A stretch of 64,000 nt of DNA from an uncultured cyanobacterium (GCA_963740315.1 CAVUDP010000002.1:1376001-1440000); one strand, 5' to 3'; shown: positions 52,298 through 63,108, numbered from the stretch's first letter. Notes: generated from the sequence alone by a model not told the origin. Numbers and translations are program-made.

Positions 52298-54583
52298 TTA
52301 AGAACGGTTGAGTAATTCAATCCAAGTGGCGATCGCACGAAAGTAAGGTGCGTTATAGGGGCTTTTCAATGATGTACGAAAATTAACGTCATCTAAAACA
52401 TTAGTAGGTAATCTTGCTAAAGTGTAAGCAACTTTAGGTAAATGTAAGAAATAACGAGTTCCCATAGCACCTTGCGATTTTTGATCTTTAAATTTATCTA
52501 AAGCCTGTTCTTGTATTTCAGCAGTTGTTAAAAGATTGCGAACGAAATTACGAGAATAATTACTTCCTATTTCCTGTTTTTCTAATCTTTCTACAAAAGG
52601 TAATATTCCTAATAAATTGGGTACCGACTCAGGTTGTAAATATGCTTTGATCTCCGAATCAATCAGGTTGATATCTTTTATACCCAGCCATTCATCCCAT
52701 TTAAAAACTTGACCGAATAATCCTAAACTATCTCTACCATTACCCTTAGCGGCTTTTTCAGCATCACCCGATGTATCTGCGGCTTGATATAAGGGAGATT
52801 TCGGTTCCGCAATAGTGATTCCTGCCGATAGCGTAATATCTGGATTCTTTCCTGTAAAAGCACGAAAGCATTGGTAAACATCAAAGCCGAATTCTACAAC
52901 TTCATTCCAAGCACCACTGACAAATAAGTCATCCCCACCAGCATAGATAAATAGTAGATTTAAACGCTCATCTTCCGGCTTTAATTTTTCAATATTTTTA
53001 GGTATATTTTCTTTCCTAAATTCTGCCAAACTATTAAGATAAACCTTGAAAAAATAACTCATCTGACGCGAAAGTCCAGCGATTCTCGCGAGGTTCTTCT
53101 TATTTCCTAAACCTTCAGCAAAGATTCTCCCTAATCTATCTACATCCATCCGCAAATAACCAACTCTTGGTATTGCACCAACTTCTTTGGCTTTTTCCGT
53201 CATTTCATTAGCACGCATGAAACCTTTTTCTTCTGGTTTCTCTGTTTCTTTGCCGTAGTTGCCTAAAAGTAAAGGTATAGGATTGCGGAAAAGACTAAAC
53301 TGATAGTGTTTTAGATCCCAATCGTTAATTAAAAATACGGTTTCGGGATTATTAACTATAGGCTTCCAATTCTCAAATAAATAATAGTAAACGTTGACAG
53401 CTTCACGTCGATCGGTAGCAGGTAATTTAAAAGAAAGTTTATGTGTTTTATCATCGGCTAAATTTTCTGTACTCGAACGTACTATAGAATCAAGTTTTAA
53501 TAACTGTCCTCCTAACTCAAACATTCGCCGACAAGTACCACAAGCAAGCACCGAGTCTGATTCTTTGGAATTAAGCTGTTTTAAGTTTTCTACATCATCT
53601 CGATGACATACTTTGCAAGGTTCATAACTATTTTGCGGTTGAATAAAATCAGCAATCTGTTCGCTGAATTTATGAGTTTTTTGTTTAGATAAACATTTTG
53701 TAATGCTTGTCCAATTTTCGGCAAAATCTTGTGTAGCAATATCTTTAATTGGAAAGCTTAAACAATCAAGCGCGAGAAATACTTTACCCTGGAACTCTTT
53801 TAAAAGCCATTTGTTAAACTGCTGGCGAATTTCTTCTACAATATATTTTATATCCTGATTTTCTGCGGCTAATATATATAAATTTCCACCACCAGCATAA
53901 ATTACATTCGTGCGGGGTAATTCTAAAGCTTGTAAAACTTGCTGTACGACTTCTTCAGTAACTAATTCTAAATAAAAGCTTCTAGCACGTAGAGATTTCA
54001 GCGCACCATCAGAAGATATAGTAAAGATAAAGTTTTGAATTCCCGATAAATCACCCGCAACTAATGTTAGTTGATTTGCATTTAAATTATTAGCCAATGC
54101 ACCAGCAACAGCAGCTGTAGATTTGATAATATCTATCAATGCAACATCTGAATTACCAAAGCTGATGAACGAACCGTATTTTTCTAAAATTAAAGTTAAT
54201 AAAGAAAGGTTTTCCCAGTCTTTTCGATCGAGAGAATTTATAGCTTTTTCAATTTCCTGCTTTAATCTCTCAAAGTCATTCTCTACAGGTTCGGTATCTT
54301 GCGGATAGGGGATAAGGGGAGATTTATCCGCAATAGCTCGTGGATGCCAATAATGTATTTTATCTTGACCCCGTGAAAGTTTCACCGAATCAAACAAAGA
54401 TTGTAACGGCTTGATTTTACAGTTACTATCCCAAGAAAGTAGAGATTTTGCTCGTTTAACAGCATCAGTTTCCGTAGAAGGGGGACATTTGTTTGTTAAT
54501 TCTGCATTAGCCCATTTCGCTAAAATACAAACCCCTTCTCGAACAACTTGCAAAGCATCATGGTAAGCACCTGAATTAGTCAT
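52298..54583 (-). CDS. cas10: Type III-A Cas10/Csm1
   Basis: GDLSGIQNFIF, LRARSF, CxxC..CxxC, RMDVDRLG and YAGGDDLF. Confidence 0.95.
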   Translation of the reverse strand: MTNSGAYHDALQVVREGVCILAKWANAELTNKCPPSTETDAVKRAKSLLSWDSNCKIKPLQSLFDSVKLSRGQDKIHYWHPRAIADKSPLIPYPQDTEPVENDFERLKQEIEKAINSLDRKDWENLSLLTLILEKYGSFISFGNSDVALIDIIKSTAAVAGALANNLNANQLTLVAGDLSGIQNFIFTISSDGALKSLRARSFYLELVTEEVVQQVLQALELPRTNVIYAGGGNLYILAAENQDIKYIVEEIRQQFNKWLLKEFQGKVFLALDCLSFPIKDIATQDFAENWTSITKCLSKQKTHKFSEQIADFIQPQNSYEPCKVCHRDDVENLKQLNSKESDSVLACGTCRRMFELGGQLLKLDSIVRSSTENLADDKTHKLSFKLPATDRREAVNVYYYLFENWKPIVNNPETVFLINDWDLKHYQFSLFRNPIPLLLGNYGKETEKPEEKGFMRANEMTEKAKEVGAIPRVGYLRMDVDRLGRIFAEGLGNKKNLARIAGLSRQMSYFFKVYLNSLAEFRKENIPKNIEKLKPEDERLNLLFIYAGGDDLFVSGAWNEVVEFGFDVYQCFRAFTGKNPDITLSAGITIAEPKSPLYQAADTSGDAEKAAKGNGRDSLGLFGQVFKWDEWLGIKDINLIDSEIKAYLQPESVPNLLGILPFVERLEKQEIGSNYSRNFVRNLLTTAEIQEQALDKFKDQKSQGAMGTRYFLHLPKVAYTLARLPTNVLDDVNFRTSLKSPYNAPYFRAIATWIELLNRS

Positions 54584-54690
54584 AAATCAATAAATAAATC
54601 GGTAGATGTAATCTCAACTATGGAAGATTATTACATATGGATGGAAAAGGGGTATTCCACAAACATTATTCTCAAACACCCGCAATATCC

Positions 54691-55112
54691 TTATCTGGGA
54701 TAACTTAACAACCCCTTTATCCGCTTCAGTAAAACTTCGGGAACATTACGTAGTTTTCCGCGTATCCAAGCACCACTTGTTAATTCTATATCAATTGAAT
54801 CATGTATAATTTCGACTTCCGACAGACTACTGTGAATCACCCCAACTGCTGTTAAATTTCCCCTATCTCTACAAAATTCGTGCCAAGCATCAACCGCTTC
54901 CACTTTGGAACTAACGATCAAATAATGCGTACAAGCTGACAAAATCGGCAGTATCTGGGGCTGTACCATACCCCCAACATCCACTATTACCAAAGACTTC
55001 TGCCGTCGCAACTCCAAAATAGCTTTTTGGTGGTACGGGAAAAATCTTTCTGTATAAGTACCGCGATAAGCCTGCGGCATGGCTTCGCTTACCGCACTTT
55101 TTAAATTCCCCT
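54691..55112 (-). pseudogene. 5'-truncated remnant of the ATPase part of a Csx3-associated protein
   Basis: LVIVDVGG..ILSACTHYLIVSS..W.EFC..GNL..VIHS; no P-loop and no Csx3 domain; interrupted by a 25-bp insert. Confidence 0.6.
55063..55095. mobile_element. Micro-element inserted in a HIP1-like site (SDR5-like)
   Basis: GCGA|TAAGCCTGCGGCATGGCTTCGCTTA|CCGC. Confidence 0.6.
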
Positions 55113-55241
55113 ATCTAATCTTCTCAGTTTTCTCATTTAACTCTTACCAAGCCTTCAGTTATAAATCATTTGTTCCTCAGCATCATCCCCGATATTAGTA
55201 ATTAAGGACAAGAAACAAACTAAAAACAGGAACAAAGAATC

Positions 55242-55721
55242 ATGAAATTTAATAAATTAGCTGGACTCGGAATCGCATCAATCGTATTATTTGGTAGCGT
55301 TGGACAATTAGCAATTAACGCATCCCCAGCCGAAGCACTTAAAGCAAGACAAACTATTACAGTTGCAGCAAAATCTAAGTCGCTGATTTCATCTGGTAGC
55401 TTTGTAACCACCGAACAAGATCACCCCACCAACGGTAAAGCTAAAATTGTTAAAGTCAACGGCAAACGCTATCTCGAATTCAGCAAAGGATTCACCACAG
55501 CACGCGGACCAAAGGTAAGAGTTGTTTTACACCGCAATTCAACCGTACCCGTCAATTTACAACAAAAAGATTATGTAACCCTCGCTGCCTTACAACGCTT
55601 CGATGGCGCTCAACGTTACCAAATTCCCGATAATCTTAATTTAGATGATTTTAAATCTGTAGCGATTTGGTGCGAACAGTTTAACGTTACTTTCGGTTAT
55701 GCTAGTTTACAAAATTCTTGA
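55242..55721 (+). CDS. DM13 domain exported protein
   Basis: Signal peptide; H.T.GKA.I, GP.V.V.L, GAQRY.IP and SVAIWC..F.V.FG.A. Confidence 0.88.
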   Translation: MKFNKLAGLGIASIVLFGSVGQLAINASPAEALKARQTITVAAKSKSLISSGSFVTTEQDHPTNGKAKIVKVNGKRYLEFSKGFTTARGPKVRVVLHRNSTVPVNLQQKDYVTLAALQRFDGAQRYQIPDNLNLDDFKSVAIWCEQFNVTFGYASLQNS

Positions 55722-55925
55722 AGTTTGAAAAATTATAAAACTCGTCGAGGCTCAATCCCATCATTTTAAGTGAGAGATTTGAGCTTCGTTGCATTTAGAG
55801 ACGATCGCTCGGCAAGCGGAAGAATTAGAATAATTTTGTAATAATTAATTTGTAGGTCATTATATTTGTAGATCGTTATATAAGTTCTCAAAACAAAACC
55901 GAAGTAAAACTAATAGAAAAATAAT

Positions 55926-56207
55926 TTGATGACAGAATCAGATACTTCAAAACCAAAACCCAAACCACCCGTACCCAAAAAATTCCAGCCAATTACGGTG
56001 GTGGATTGCAACACTGATAGCCCGCGTGTTTTTACGCAATGCTATAAATGCGACCAACCCCTATTAATTCAAACCCATCACGATGGGAACGAACCAATAG
56101 ATCATAAAGTACAGTGTCCAACCTGCGGTGGAATAGCGTTTTTCGCCCACGCACCTCAAGTAACTGCTGTAATGCCGTTAGGAGAAGCTCCTACACCGAG
56201 TAATTAG
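55926..56207 (+). CDS. Small zinc-ribbon-like hypothetical protein
   Basis: CYKC..CPTC pair. Confidence 0.55.
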   Translation: MMTESDTSKPKPKPPVPKKFQPITVVDCNTDSPRVFTQCYKCDQPLLIQTHHDGNEPIDHKVQCPTCGGIAFFAHAPQVTAVMPLGEAPTPSN

Positions 56208-56340
56208 TCTTCTACGATCGATTATTTTAAGTATTAGAATTCCCCCTTACAAAAGGGGGATTTGCGTAAGTTCTAACGGTTTTCACTAGCAGTGCAAATA
56301 GTATACATTGCTACAATATTTATTTTTCGACTTATAAATA

Positions 56341-56443
56341 AAAAAAATCAGTAGCATCTTTGCATTGCAGAGCTACCGATCTAAAATTTAGTGTGTGTGA
56401 AGTGTGGAAATTTCGGTGGATTAAAGTTATATAAATCACCTAT
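56341..56443 (-). ncRNA. Candidate small RNA
   Basis: -10-like TATGCT (56455-56450), 5' hairpin, CA-rich linker, terminator hairpin with T tail. Confidence 0.35.
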
Positions 56444-56532
56444 CACACTAGCATAACCGAAAAAGTAACGGATGCGAAGTGTTATTTGAATAAAATTTGT
56501 CTGCTCAGTTATATAACAGTTCCCCACTCGCT

Positions 56533-57621
56533 TTATTTTCCCAACCTTACAGATACCAACTCACTCGCTAAATCAATAGCAGCTTTCATGCTCGTCGCGT
56601 CAGCGATACCTTTTCCTGCAATATCAAACGCCGTTCCGTGGTCGGGAGATGTTCTAATAAAAGGTAATCCAATCGTAGTATTAACTGCGCGATCGAAAGC
56701 CATCAACTTGACTGGAATCAAACCTTGATCGTGATAAAGCGCTAAATAACCATCCGCTGCTTGAATTTTAGATTCAATTTTAGAATTACCATACCAAACT
56801 TGTCCCGGTTTTACCCACATCGTATCTGGCGGAATCGGTCCAATTAAAGTTAAATTTGGACGCTTAATATTTTCTTCTTCCAACCAAGCAATCAACCAAT
56901 CTGCTTCTTCACGCCCTAATTGTCCTTTTTCTCCACTGTGGGGATTTAATCCGGCGATCGCAATTTTCCCATTTTTAATTCCAAAGTCTTTTTCCAAACA
57001 TTCCACCAGTAAATCGAGTTTCTGCGTCATTAATTCCGGTGTCAGCGTTTCTGGGACTTGACACAATGGTATATGTGTGGTTGCAAGTAGAGTTCGCAGA
57101 CTCCAATTAGTGTGCGGCGATCGAGCTACAAACAACATCCCAAACCTTTGTACGCCAGCCAAATGGGCTAAAAGTTCAGTTTGTCCCGGATAATTATATC
57201 CCGCAGCCTTCCAAGCAGATTTTGCGATCGGACCAGTCACAATCCCATCAAATTTACCTGCAAGCGTAGCAGCGATCGCAGTTTCCATATAAGCAAAACT
57301 TGCCGCACCACTCGCCGCATTTTCAACACCAAGAGTAACTGCATCTTTAATATTGCCGTCCAAACTCACATCCAAGATAGATAAATCGGCAGGATTAGCC
57401 AAAAAATCTATATTTTCATGTTGTTGTAAATGGGTATAATTTTTTAATAGTAAATCTCGGTTTCCAACTACAGTTAAATCACAACCTTTACCAATCTGCG
57501 AATCGGTCAAAGCCTTTAGAACAACTTCGGTTCCAATTCCTGCCGGGTCCCCCAAAGTTAACGCCAAACGAGGGCGAAGTTCTACATCAGAAATAGCCGA
57601 TTCATGATTTAATTGATACAT
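56533..57621 (-). CDS. pdxA: 4-hydroxythreonine-4-phosphate dehydrogenase
   Basis: [22 protein letters not shown] and [14 protein letters not shown]. Confidence 0.96.
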   Translation of the reverse strand: MYQLNHESAISDVELRPRLALTLGDPAGIGTEVVLKALTDSQIGKGCDLTVVGNRDLLLKNYTHLQQHENIDFLANPADLSILDVSLDGNIKDAVTLGVENAASGAASFAYMETAIAATLAGKFDGIVTGPIAKSAWKAAGYNYPGQTELLAHLAGVQRFGMLFVARSPHTNWSLRTLLATTHIPLCQVPETLTPELMTQKLDLLVECLEKDFGIKNGKIAIAGLNPHSGEKGQLGREEADWLIAWLEEENIKRPNLTLIGPIPPDTMWVKPGQVWYGNSKIESKIQAADGYLALYHDQGLIPVKLMAFDRAVNTTIGLPFIRTSPDHGTAFDIAGKGIADATSMKAAIDLASELVSVRLGK

Positions 57622-57835
57622 AAGATTTAGGAGTTAAGAGTTAGGAGTTAGGAATTAGGAGTGAGGAATTAAGAGTTAAGAATTAGAAGTTGGAATTTAA
57701 CAATTTTAATTTCTTTCCATCCCCAATTACCAATGCCCATTCACCGTAGGTGGGAGGTAGCCTAATGCCCAAAGCCCAGTTAACAACCGCTCTGGTAAAC
57801 TAAACTTAATAATTAACTAATCAAGGAGAACTCAA

Positions 57836-57943
57836 ATGGGCGGCGAAATGTTCAATGCAGCTATTTTATCCTTCGGCTTAATCTTTGTTGGTTGGGCTAT
57901 AGGTGTTTTGTTACTTAAGATTCAAGGCGCTGAACCGGAATAA
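57836..57943 (+). CDS. petM: Cytochrome b6f subunit PetM (not in ORF track)
   Basis: Manual translation [43 protein letters not shown] upstream. Confidence 0.93.
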   Translation: MGGEMFNAAILSFGLIFVGWAIGVLLLKIQGAEPE

Positions 57944-58105
57944 AAATTCCAGGCAAAAACGCTTTCTACTATGGCTAGAGACTTTATACGGGCAGTCTCT
58001 GCCATCAACTAGTCTTATGTGATAGATTTTGCTTTACTTTTGCTTAAAAAAACAATTCTGATAAAATTGTTTTAATAAAAGTTAACATTTTTTTAATCAA
58101 ACCTG

Positions 58106-59089
58106 ATGAAAATACTGATAGTGGGTGCCACTGGTACTTTGGGAAGACAGATAGCTCGTCATGCGATTGATGAAGGTTATGAGGTACGCTGTCTAGTCCG
58201 AAGTACTAAAAAAGCGGCATTTCTGAAAGAATGGGGAGCCGAATTAGTACGGGCAGATTTATGTTTTCCCTATACCCTCGAACCTGCACTTGAAGGTGTG
58301 AACGCTGTAATTGATGCATCTACATCTCGTCCTACAGATTCACTTAGTATTAAACAAGTCGATTGGGATGGAAAAGTAGCATTAATTCAAGCGGCAGCAG
58401 CAGCAAAGGTTGAACGTTTTATCTTTTTCTCAATATTAAATAATCAAGATTATCCAGAAGTACCCTTGATGGAAATCAAGCGATGTACCGAACTGTTTTT
58501 GGCAGAATCTGGCTTAAACTACACCGTTTTACAGTTAGCTGGCTTCATGCAAGGTTTAATTGGGCAATACGGTATTCCGATTCTGGAAGCACAACCAGTG
58601 TGGGTAACGGGAGAGTCTTCCCCGATCGCCTACATGGATACTCAAGATGTTGCAAAATTCGCGCTTAAAGCCCTGAAAAAAGAAGAAACCCAAAATAAAA
58701 TATTTCCAGTAGTGGGAACCCGTCCCTGGAGTGCCCAAGAAATCATCAACTTGTGCGAACGTTTATCTGGGAAGACAGCAAGAATAACGCGGATGCCGTT
58801 AAACTTACTTCGTGCCATTCGTAATATGCTGCGTTTCTTTCAGTGGGGATGGAACGTATCCGATAGACTTTCTTTTACAGAAGTTTTGGCAAGCGGCAAA
58901 CCGTTAGATGCCCCAATGGATGAAACATACAAAGCTTTTGGTATAGATAAAAGTGAAATAACTACTTTAGAATCTTATTTCCAAGAATATTTCAACAGAA
59001 TTACGAAAAAGCTTAGAGAGTTGGATTACCAGCAAAATAAAGGTAAGAAAAAGAAAGAAAAAAGAACTCCGTTTAAGCAATCTTCTTAA
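58106..59089 (+). CDS. ycf39: Ycf39-like atypical SDR, NAD(P)H-binding protein
   Basis: VGATGTLGRQ, FLKEWGAEL, VDWDGK, VPLMEIK and YMDTQD. Confidence 0.88.
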   Translation: MKILIVGATGTLGRQIARHAIDEGYEVRCLVRSTKKAAFLKEWGAELVRADLCFPYTLEPALEGVNAVIDASTSRPTDSLSIKQVDWDGKVALIQAAAAAKVERFIFFSILNNQDYPEVPLMEIKRCTELFLAESGLNYTVLQLAGFMQGLIGQYGIPILEAQPVWVTGESSPIAYMDTQDVAKFALKALKKEETQNKIFPVVGTRPWSAQEIINLCERLSGKTARITRMPLNLLRAIRNMLRFFQWGWNVSDRLSFTEVLASGKPLDAPMDETYKAFGIDKSEITTLESYFQEYFNRITKKLRELDYQQNKGKKKKEKRTPFKQSS

Positions 59090-59095
59090 AAGCGA

Positions 59096-59391
59096 ATGGG
59101 GAATTGGGCATTAGGAATTGGGAATTGGGAATTGGGCATTAGGAATTGGGAATTGGGCTACGCCCGCACGCTGCGCGTGAATGGGCATTGGAACCACCGG
59201 AGTTAGGAATTTTTCTCTCCTTGTCTCCTTGTCCCCTTGTCCCCCCATCTCCCCATCCCCCCATCTCCCCATCCCCCCATCTCCCCATCCCCCCATCTCC
59301 CCATCCCCCCATCTCCTTGTCTCCCCATCCCCCCATCTCCTTGTCTCCCCATCCCCCCATCTCCTTGTCTCCCCATCCCCAATGCCCCATT
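59096..59391. repeat. STRR tracts (GGGAATT; CCCCATC/CTTGTCT) with an embedded hairpin element
   Basis: Direct tandem heptamer and 16-23 nt units. Confidence 0.88.
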
Positions 59392-59475
59392 CCCTTTTAA
59401 AAAGGTGTACTAGATACGCAAAATGTGTAAATATTAATTCTATAAAAAGCGTCTTCTTTAATTTGGATATTGAGC

Positions 59476-60393
59476 GTGCCCAAAGCAGGCATTATATATA
59501 ACGACGAGAAACCGATAGCGGGTCGTATCGCTGTCGAATTAAAAGAACAGTTCACCGAGCAAGGTTGGGATGTATGTCTCACCAGTGGTATCGGTGGAAT
59601 TTTGGGCTACTCGACTCCGCGAAGCCCTGTATGTCATACGCCGATAGAAGGACTTACACCCCCCGGCTTTGACTCGTCTATGAAATTTGTAGTGGTATTA
59701 GGAGGAGATGGTACAGTTTTAGCCGCGTCTCGCCAAGTCGCACCCTGCGGAATTCCGATGCTGACGATTAATACTGGTCACATGGGCTTTTTAACTGAAG
59801 CTTATGTGAATCAATTGCCCGATGCAATAGAAAAGGTGTTAGCAGGTAATTACGATATTGAAGAACGAGTCATGCTTGCCGTCAAGGTATACCGCAAAGA
59901 ATCAGTACTTTGGGAAGCTTTATGCTTAAACGAAATGGTACTGCATCGCGAACCTTTGACTTCGATGTGTCATTTTGAGATAGCTATAGGTCGTCATGCG
60001 GCGGTGGATATAGCAGCAGATGGTATCATTGTTTCCACTCCGACGGGTTCCACAGCTTATTCTTTAAGTGCTGGCGGTCCGGTGGTAACTCCAGGTGTGG
60101 CGGTGTTACAGCTAGTGCCTATTTGTCCTCACTCTTTAGCATCAAGAGCGTTGGTATTTCCAGATAACGAGCTAGTTAATATTCATCCGGTAAATTCAAC
60201 TCAATTAGTAATGACAGTTGACGGTAACGGTGGATGTTATGTTTTGCCAGAAGACCGCATTTATATAGAAAAATCAAATTACAGCGCCCGTTTTATTCGC
60301 CTTCAATCTCCCGAATTTTTCCGAATTTTACGAGAAAAGTTAGGTTGGGGTTTACCTCATATTGCCAAACCTACATCTGTAGAAATTCCTTGA
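59476..60393 (+). CDS. nadK: NAD(+) kinase
   Basis: [19 protein letters not shown] and [23 protein letters not shown] start assumed. Confidence 0.93.
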   Translation: MPKAGIIYNDEKPIAGRIAVELKEQFTEQGWDVCLTSGIGGILGYSTPRSPVCHTPIEGLTPPGFDSSMKFVVVLGGDGTVLAASRQVAPCGIPMLTINTGHMGFLTEAYVNQLPDAIEKVLAGNYDIEERVMLAVKVYRKESVLWEALCLNEMVLHREPLTSMCHFEIAIGRHAAVDIAADGIIVSTPTGSTAYSLSAGGPVVTPGVAVLQLVPICPHSLASRALVFPDNELVNIHPVNSTQLVMTVDGNGGCYVLPEDRIYIEKSNYSARFIRLQSPEFFRILREKLGWGLPHIAKPTSVEIP

Positions 60394-60715
60394 ATTAGGC
60401 ATGAGAGATTAGTTTTTTGCGAAAGAAGCGTTTTTCACTTATCACAAAGAAAAACGCTCAATTATTAATTAATTATTAAGAATATTGGATATTTTCATAT
60501 CTTCGATTAATACTTGGACGTGCTAAAACATTGTTGAAAACGTGCCAAGTATAAATTAACTGTAATAAAAGCAACTATTACAATAATTTTACGTCAAAAT
60601 TTTCACTCGGACGAATCATAGCGTCTGTTTGTATCTTATTGTAAATTCTACGCTTATTAAGATGGGCAATTAACTTTCGTTAGCCCTTCTTTTATAGGAT
60701 AACTTCTGTAAAAAT

Positions 60716-61402
60716 ATGACTTTTGCTCACAACCCTTGTGTTTTGGTAATAGAAAGCGACGAAAATCTGGCAAGTCAGCTTTCTTCGGATTTAAAAGAGA
60801 TTGGTTATGAACCGATTTTAGCGTCAGATACAACTTCCGGCTTGAAACAGATGAGAGATCGTCAACCTGCTTTGATTGTTGTCGATAGAATGCTGGCGGG
60901 AGAATCGGGAATCTCGTTATGCAAAAATCTCAGAACTAATGGAGTGTGTTCTCCAGTACTGATGTTGATGTCGAGAGATTCAGTTGATGACAGAGTGGCG
61001 TGTTTGGAAGCAGGTGCGGATGATTATTTTCTCAAACCTTACCGTTCGGAAAACTTCATTAATTTAGTTCGACTGTATTTGAAGCCGGATGTCGATACAT
61101 CAGAACAATTGCGTTTTGGAGATTTAATTTTAGATTTAGCTACTCGTCGCGCTATTAATAACGAACGGGTAATAGATTTGACAATGAAAGAATTTGAACT
61201 GTTAAAGTATCTAATGGAACATCCTCGTGAAGTATTAACTCGCGAGCAAATTTTAGAAAATGTTTGGGGCTATGACTTTATGGGCGAGTCTAACGTAATC
61301 GAAGTTTATATTCGTTACTTGCGGCTCAAAATAGAAGACGAAACTCAAAAACGGCTAATTCAAACTGTACGGGGTGTCGGTTATGTGTTGAGAGACTCTT
61401 AA
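60716..61402 (+). CDS. nblR: OmpR-family response regulator NblR
   Basis: Atypical receiver (VIESD, VVDRML) plus winged helix LTMKEFELL..SNVIEVYIRYLR; lies next to nadK. Confidence 0.82.
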   Translation: MTFAHNPCVLVIESDENLASQLSSDLKEIGYEPILASDTTSGLKQMRDRQPALIVVDRMLAGESGISLCKNLRTNGVCSPVLMLMSRDSVDDRVACLEAGADDYFLKPYRSENFINLVRLYLKPDVDTSEQLRFGDLILDLATRRAINNERVIDLTMKEFELLKYLMEHPREVLTREQILENVWGYDFMGESNVIEVYIRYLRLKIEDETQKRLIQTVRGVGYVLRDS

Positions 61403-61661
61403 CAGCAAGCGAGACTTCAAAATAATTTCTTACTAACACAAGAATTCTGCATAGTTTTACAGACAACACCAGATACTTATAGATTTTCTTCTAATAAAGA
61501 GACAGTTTGAAGGCATTCGCTCATCTGACTCAACTATGAAGAAAATATTAAGACGGTGAAATTCATATTGCATTAAATATGAGGGCATCAGCAACTTGAA
61601 ATCTAATATTCAAATGCAAAACTTTTCATTACATAACTTTGGAGTAATAAATAAAAATTCC

Positions 61662-62180
61662 ATGAAATATTATCAAAGATTGTTACCTATAGTATTAGGC
61701 GTTTTACTTATAAGTTGTTCCGGGCAAACACCAGCAGAAACTCCTAATATCACCGTATCCCAAACTCCATTAGTAGTGAATAATTTAGGTCAAGAACTAC
61801 CAATAAGTGCTGTTGCAACAATTCCCAACAGTACGCAAATTCAATTAGAAGTAGCAAAGACACCACAACAGCAGGCAATGGGATTGATGTACAGACCGGC
61901 TTTGCCAGATAACCGAGGGATGTTGTTTAACTTTGCATCACCTCAACCAGTTAGTTTTTGGATGAAAAATGTACCCGTTGCTTTAGATATGGTTTTTCTG
62001 CGTAAAGGAGTAGTTCAATATATTGCAGAAAAAGTACCTCCTTGTACAAAAGAACCTTGCCCTACTTATGGTCCGAGAACTCTTATCGACCAAGTAATTG
62101 AATTACGTTCCGGACGAGCTGCGGAATTAAATTTGAAAAAAGGAGATATAGTAACAATTAATTCTATCAAAACCAAATAA
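61662..62180 (+). CDS. DUF192 lipoprotein
   Basis: Lipobox LISC; GLMYR, GMLF, FWMKN and LDMVF. Confidence 0.85.
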   Translation: MKYYQRLLPIVLGVLLISCSGQTPAETPNITVSQTPLVVNNLGQELPISAVATIPNSTQIQLEVAKTPQQQAMGLMYRPALPDNRGMLFNFASPQPVSFWMKNVPVALDMVFLRKGVVQYIAEKVPPCTKEPCPTYGPRTLIDQVIELRSGRAAELNLKKGDIVTINSIKTK

Positions 62181-62709
62181 TTACTTATAAACAAATGATA
62201 GTATATCTGCTTAGATAGCTTAATAGATAAACTCTCTCGTCGATTATTGTTAAAAAAGTATCTAAAATCATGGTATAAAAATAACTTGTGATGTTAAGAT
62301 TTGCTTTACTGCTAATCGGTTATTAACCGGCGCAAAATATGGGGTTCGAGTAGCAATTTTATAATTTGATAGTAAAAATCTTCCTTTCGGTGTACGTGTA
62401 AACAGTCGCTAATAAGGGAGTATAAGCTATGGAATCTTTGTTACAAGAAATAAAATCAGCTGTCCTTACTTAAGTAGAAAGTATTAAACTCTTTTAAATT
62501 AAGTGAAGTGCTACTTGAGACTATAAATAAGAAATCAAGCTAAAATGTTTACTTCCCGTACTTCTCCTTTGTTTTCTGGCATTGGACAAACCGTACTCAA
62601 TTGTTTATCAAACAACTTTGCAATGAAGGATGAATTACTGGCTACTAGCTACTGGTGAATTATGGATAGATATATGACGATAAACTCTACTGAAGGAGGT
62701 GAGACAAAA

Positions 62710-62901
62710 GTGACACAATCTAGTTATTCACGACTGATCCGTTTTTTGCAAGATGACTTATCAATTTCTGCGGCTTCCCTAGCGGTAGCCTTGCGCCATA
62801 GCGAACAAGATCCAGGTCCGTTGCCAATGATACTGTGGCAATATGGCTTGGTAACTTTAGAACAGTTAGAGCAAATTTACGATTGGTTGGAGACAGCATA
62901 G
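62710..62901 (+). CDS. DUF2949 family small protein
   Basis: LPMILWQYGLVTLEQLEQIYDWL; SD GGAGG before GTG 62710. Confidence 0.85.
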   Translation: MTQSSYSRLIRFLQDDLSISAASLAVALRHSEQDPGPLPMILWQYGLVTLEQLEQIYDWLETA

Positions 62902-62992
62902 ATAATGAGTAGTGCAATACGGAGAATTGAAAGATGTTGCAAAGACTCCACTTTTTGCGAAAGCTGATTCCGAATTTAACCATATACAAATT

Positions 62993-63026
62993 AAAAGAGC
63001 GAGTTGATGATTCAACTCGCTCTTTT
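62993..63026. terminator. Bidirectional-type terminator hairpin
   Basis: AAAAGAGCGAGTTGA-TGAT-TCAACTCGCTCTTTT. Confidence 0.75.
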
Positions 63027-63042
63027 AGGTATTGGGGCATGG

Positions 63043-63108
63043 GGCTACCTCCCACCTCCGGTGAATGGGTATTGGGGATTGGGCTACCTCCCACCTCCGG
63101 TGAATGGG
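63043..63108. repeat. Two copies of the small dispersed repeat GGCTACCTCCCACCTCCGGTGAATGGG in an STRR context
   Basis: Copies at 63043-63069 and 63082-63108; related copies at 57736-57762 (reverse) and 59156-59185. Confidence 0.8.

Noticed and set aside
59111..59582. Short ORFs across the STRR tract before nadK
   Set aside because: They are low-complexity repeat translations.
63043..63108. Two 27-bp direct repeats as a mini-CRISPR for the orphan III-A module
   Set aside because: The intervening sequence is only 12 nt and consists of STRR heptamers. The repeat lacks a GAAAC/GAAAG-type end and occurs dispersed elsewhere.
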